Shown here in pieces: positions 16,295 to 18,979 of a DNA stretch of 18,979 bases; the stretch's first letter is position 1, and the number at the start of each line of letters is the position of its first letter. A program made the translations under genes and the position numbers. The stretch comes from an uncultured delta proteobacterium. GTDB lineage: Bacteria; Desulfobacterota; WTBG01; CAIYCZ01. The DNA is taken from the NCBI GenBank assembly GCA_963803975.1, contig CAWDOY010000011.1, positions 1 to 18,979 on the forward strand. Reading direction: 5' to 3'. The notes below the pieces were generated by a model that did no database searches, was not told the origin of the DNA, and saw nothing but the letters and a program-made list of their open reading frames with translations.

Positions 16295-17317
16295 ATGGCA
16301 GTGCGAGAAATCACCTGCTCCCAGGCAATCGCAGAAGCCCTTGCCGAAGAGATGGAGCGGGATGACACGGTTTTTATTCTGGGAGAAGACCTGGTCAGCA
16401 ACGGCGGCATCTTCTGCCAGTTCAAGGGCCTGCCGGAAAGATTTCCCGGCCGGGTGATTGATACGCCCATTTCCGAAACCAGCATTGTCGGCAGCGGCGT
16501 GGGAGCAGCCCTGACCGGCATGCGGCCCATCGTTGACATGCACTTTGCTGATTTTGTGACCACCGCCATGGATGAAATCGTCAATCAGATGGCAAAAATC
16601 CGCTATATGTTCGGCGGCCAGGCAAAGCTGCCCATGGTGCTGTGGGCGCCTGACGGTGCGGGGATTTCGGCTGCTGCCCAGCATTCCCAGAGCCTGGAGA
16701 GCTGGCTGGTGCACACGCCGGGGCTCAAAGTGGTGGTGCCGTCCGAGCCTGCTGATGTGAAGGGCCTGCTGAAAGCAGCGGTGCGCGACGATGACCCGGT
16801 CATATTTTTCCAGCACAAGCGGCTCTTCAAACAGACCGGCCCGGTGCCTGATGAGCCCTGCCTGATCCCGCTGGGAAAAGCAGCTGTAAAGCGGGCCGGG
16901 ACCGACATCACCCTGATCACCTATTCGCGCATGACCTATGTATGTCTTGAGGCAGCACAAAAGCTCGAGGAAAAGGGCATTCAGGCTGAAGTGATTGACC
17001 TGCGGACGCTCAAGCCCCTGGACTTTGATCTCATCGCGCGGTCAGTGAAAAAAACCAGCCATGTCGTGGTGGTCCACGAAGCATGCCTGACCGGCGGCTT
17101 TGGCGCAGAGATCGCCGCCCGCATCGGGGAAGAGCTGTTTGAGCATCTGGCAGGGCCGGTGGTGCGGGTGGGCGCAAAAGACGTTCCCGTGCCGTTCAGC
17201 CCGGTGCTGGAGCAGTATGTTCTGCCCCAGGTCGAAGATATACTGGAAGGAGTGGATAAGGCCCTGAAGCGCAAGCAGCAGGCGTTATTTATTCCCCGGG
17301 CGGCACATGTGCGGTAA
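16295..17317 (+). CDS. TPP-dependent dehydrogenase E1 beta subunit (AcoB/PdhB-like)
   Basis: EEMERDDTVFILGED, DTPISE, AQHSQSLESW..H.PGLKVV.PS and EVIDLRTLKPLD; ATG 16295 after SD AAGGAG. Confidence 0.95.
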   Translation: MAVREITCSQAIAEALAEEMERDDTVFILGEDLVSNGGIFCQFKGLPERFPGRVIDTPISETSIVGSGVGAALTGMRPIVDMHFADFVTTAMDEIVNQMAKIRYMFGGQAKLPMVLWAPDGAGISAAAQHSQSLESWLVHTPGLKVVVPSEPADVKGLLKAAVRDDDPVIFFQHKRLFKQTGPVPDEPCLIPLGKAAVKRAGTDITLITYSRMTYVCLEAAQKLEEKGIQAEVIDLRTLKPLDFDLIARSVKKTSHVVVVHEACLTGGFGAEIAARIGEELFEHLAGPVVRVGAKDVPVPFSPVLEQYVLPQVEDILEGVDKALKRKQQALFIPRAAHVR

Positions 17318-17372
17318 ACAAACGGGCCGTGACCTGTCGGCCCGGCCTGATCTGAATGTGCGGACACGTAAT

Positions 17373-17421
17373 AAGGGATACTTCCCCTGCTGGGTACTAA
17401 AGGGTGTATCCCTTGTTTTTT
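17373..17421 (+). terminator. Intrinsic terminator-like hairpin between E1 beta and thiM
   Basis: AAGGGATAC (17373-17381) pairs with GTATCCCTT (17406-17414) and is followed by GTTTTTT. Confidence 0.6.
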
Positions 17422-17490
17422 ATGCCGGTTACGGGCCCTTAACGCCTGTTCAGCCGTAACGTGACTCTTCCTGCCTACGGAGACAGATAC

Positions 17491-18333
17491 ATGGAAAAAA
17501 ATATGTGCGCGAAAATATCCGAGCTTCTGAAAATGGTAAAGACTAATAAACCATTGGTCCATCATATTACCAACTATGTTACGGCTAACGATTGCGCCAA
17601 CACCGTGCTCGCAATAGGCGCGTCCCCGATAATGGCTGATGATGAGGATGAAGTTGCGGATATTATTTCTCTGTCCTCCGCGCTGGTTCTGAATATCGGG
17701 ACCTTAAACAGCAGGACCATTGCATCCATGCTTAAAGCCGGGGTAAAAGCCAATGATCTTGGTATACCGGTTGTGCTTGACCCGGTAGGTGCCGGCGCAA
17801 CTGCCCTGCGCAGCACAACTGCCGAACGGATATTGCGCGAGCTGAAGCTTGCCGTCATCCGCGGGAACATGTCGGAGATAAAAGCCGTAAGCGGACTCGG
17901 GTCAGCGACTAAGGGCGTTGATGTTTCAACACAGGATATAGCTGCAGCAGAAAAGCCGGACTATGGCAAACGCATTGCAGAAAACCTGGCCTCCCGGTTG
18001 AACTGTGCTGTCGCCATAACCGGTGCTGTTGATATTGTCGCGGCAGGCGGGAAGACATATTTAATAGCTAACGGACATTCAATGCTGTCAGGCATAACCG
18101 GTACCGGGTGTATGTGTACATCTCTTATTGGCGCGTACTGCGCTGTTACTGAAGATTACCTCTGTGCCGCAACAGCAGGCATTCTCACCATGGGGCTGGC
18201 AGGAGAGCTGGCGTATGAACGGCTGCCCGCTGAAGACCGGGGGGCAGGAAGCTACCGGGTGAAGCTTTTTGATGCCCTGTTCCAGTTGAGCGGTAACGAC
18301 ATTTTGAAAAGAGGGAAGGTGCGTGAAGGGTAA
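17491..18333 (+). CDS. thiM: Hydroxyethylthiazole kinase
   Basis: PLVHHITNYVTANDCAN..LAIGASPIMA, LNIGTL, VLDPVGAGAT, IRGNMSEI and ITGTGC; ATG 17491 after GGAG. Confidence 0.95.
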   Translation: MEKNMCAKISELLKMVKTNKPLVHHITNYVTANDCANTVLAIGASPIMADDEDEVADIISLSSALVLNIGTLNSRTIASMLKAGVKANDLGIPVVLDPVGAGATALRSTTAERILRELKLAVIRGNMSEIKAVSGLGSATKGVDVSTQDIAAAEKPDYGKRIAENLASRLNCAVAITGAVDIVAAGGKTYLIANGHSMLSGITGTGCMCTSLIGAYCAVTEDYLCAATAGILTMGLAGELAYERLPAEDRGAGSYRVKLFDALFQLSGNDILKRGKVREG

Positions 18334-18973
18334 GAAACCTCCGGACTATACGCTTTATCTGGTAACAGACCGGGACCTTTTCCCCGGCATCAGGCTCACC
18401 GAAGCTGTCGAGCAGGCAATACAGGGCGGAGTGACCATGGTGCAGCTGCGGGAAAAGAATGTTTCTTCCCGGGAGTTTTATACTGTCGCCATGGAGATAA
18501 AGGAGATCACTGACCGCTATGATGTTCCGCTCATCATAAATGACCGGCTGGACATTGCCCTGGCAATTGACGCCGCGGGTCTCCATGCGGGGCAGGATGA
18601 TCTGCCGGCGCCCGCTGCCGAGCAGCTCCCGGCCGGAACAGGAAAAATTCTCGGCGTATCTGCCGCCACCGTGGCGGAAGCTCTGCAGGCACAGGTTGAC
18701 GGGGCTGACTACATCGGGGCAGGCAGCGTCTTTACTACGGAAACCAAGAAAGACGTCCGGCCGCTGGTCCCGAGCTGCTGAAAAAATGAAGCAGGCCGTA
18801 ACCATACCGGTGGTAGCGATCGGCGGCATCAATGAAAATAATGCCGGACTGCTTCACGGTACGGGAATTGACGGTATAGCGGTGGTATCAGCGATCCTGG
18901 GGAAAAAAACGCGCGAAAAGCTGCTGAAGATTTAAAGAAAATAGTAACCTGCATACAAACAGGCAGGAAATAG
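18323..18973 (+). CDS. thiE: Thiamine-phosphate synthase, frameshifted in this sequence
   Basis: LYLVTDR, GGVTMVQLREK, LIINDRLDIALA, GQDDLP, GADYIGAG.VF.T.TK, then IPVVAIGGI and GIAVVSAI in a second frame. A further shift in the A-run near 18903 extends it to TAG 18971-18973. Confidence 0.92.
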
Positions 18974-18979
18974 TTTTTC

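Noticed and set aside
17318..17490. TPP riboswitch upstream of thiM
   Set aside because: Only a CCTGATCTG fragment is present; the conserved GCTGAGA and P2/P3 elements were not found.
15373..17565. Long alternative-frame and antisense ORFs over the E1 genes (15373-16152, 15498-16085, 16028-16960, 16981-17565)
   Set aside because: These are shadows of GC-rich, well-conserved genes and carry no recognisable motifs; the same applies to other overlapping ORFs in the track.

Overview
About 19 kb of bacterial chromosome. Gene content and style suggest an anaerobic Deltaproteobacteria/Desulfobacterota-like genome, which is an inference. Nearly all genes are on the + strand. In order: the 3' end of znuC; a GxxExxY PD-(D/E)XK gene bracketed by 31-bp inverted repeats and sitting inside the znuC-znuB operon; znuB; a DUF3015 + DUF4105 pair; YajD-like HNH; an iron-sulfur flavoprotein; a Fic-HTH gene behind a triple palindrome array; a NUDIX / DUF2075 nuclease-helicase / UDG-like block; a hypothetical gene; an aldo/keto reductase; a decayed TA pair (- strand); an apparently circularly permuted family-3 solute-binding lipoprotein; an intact Phd/YefM-RelE TA pair (- strand); TPP-dependent E1 alpha/beta; and thiM-thiE. 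Intergenic spaces hold stacked 7-, 8- and 9-bp short-unit arrays and REP-like hairpins with a consistent polarity. Many single-base indels split unrelated genes, which looks like sequencing or assembly error. The most interesting candidates are the IR-flanked GxxExxY intra-operon cassette with its gene-less repeat relatives, the NUDIX-DUF2075-UDG-like putative defence module, and the permuted binding protein.
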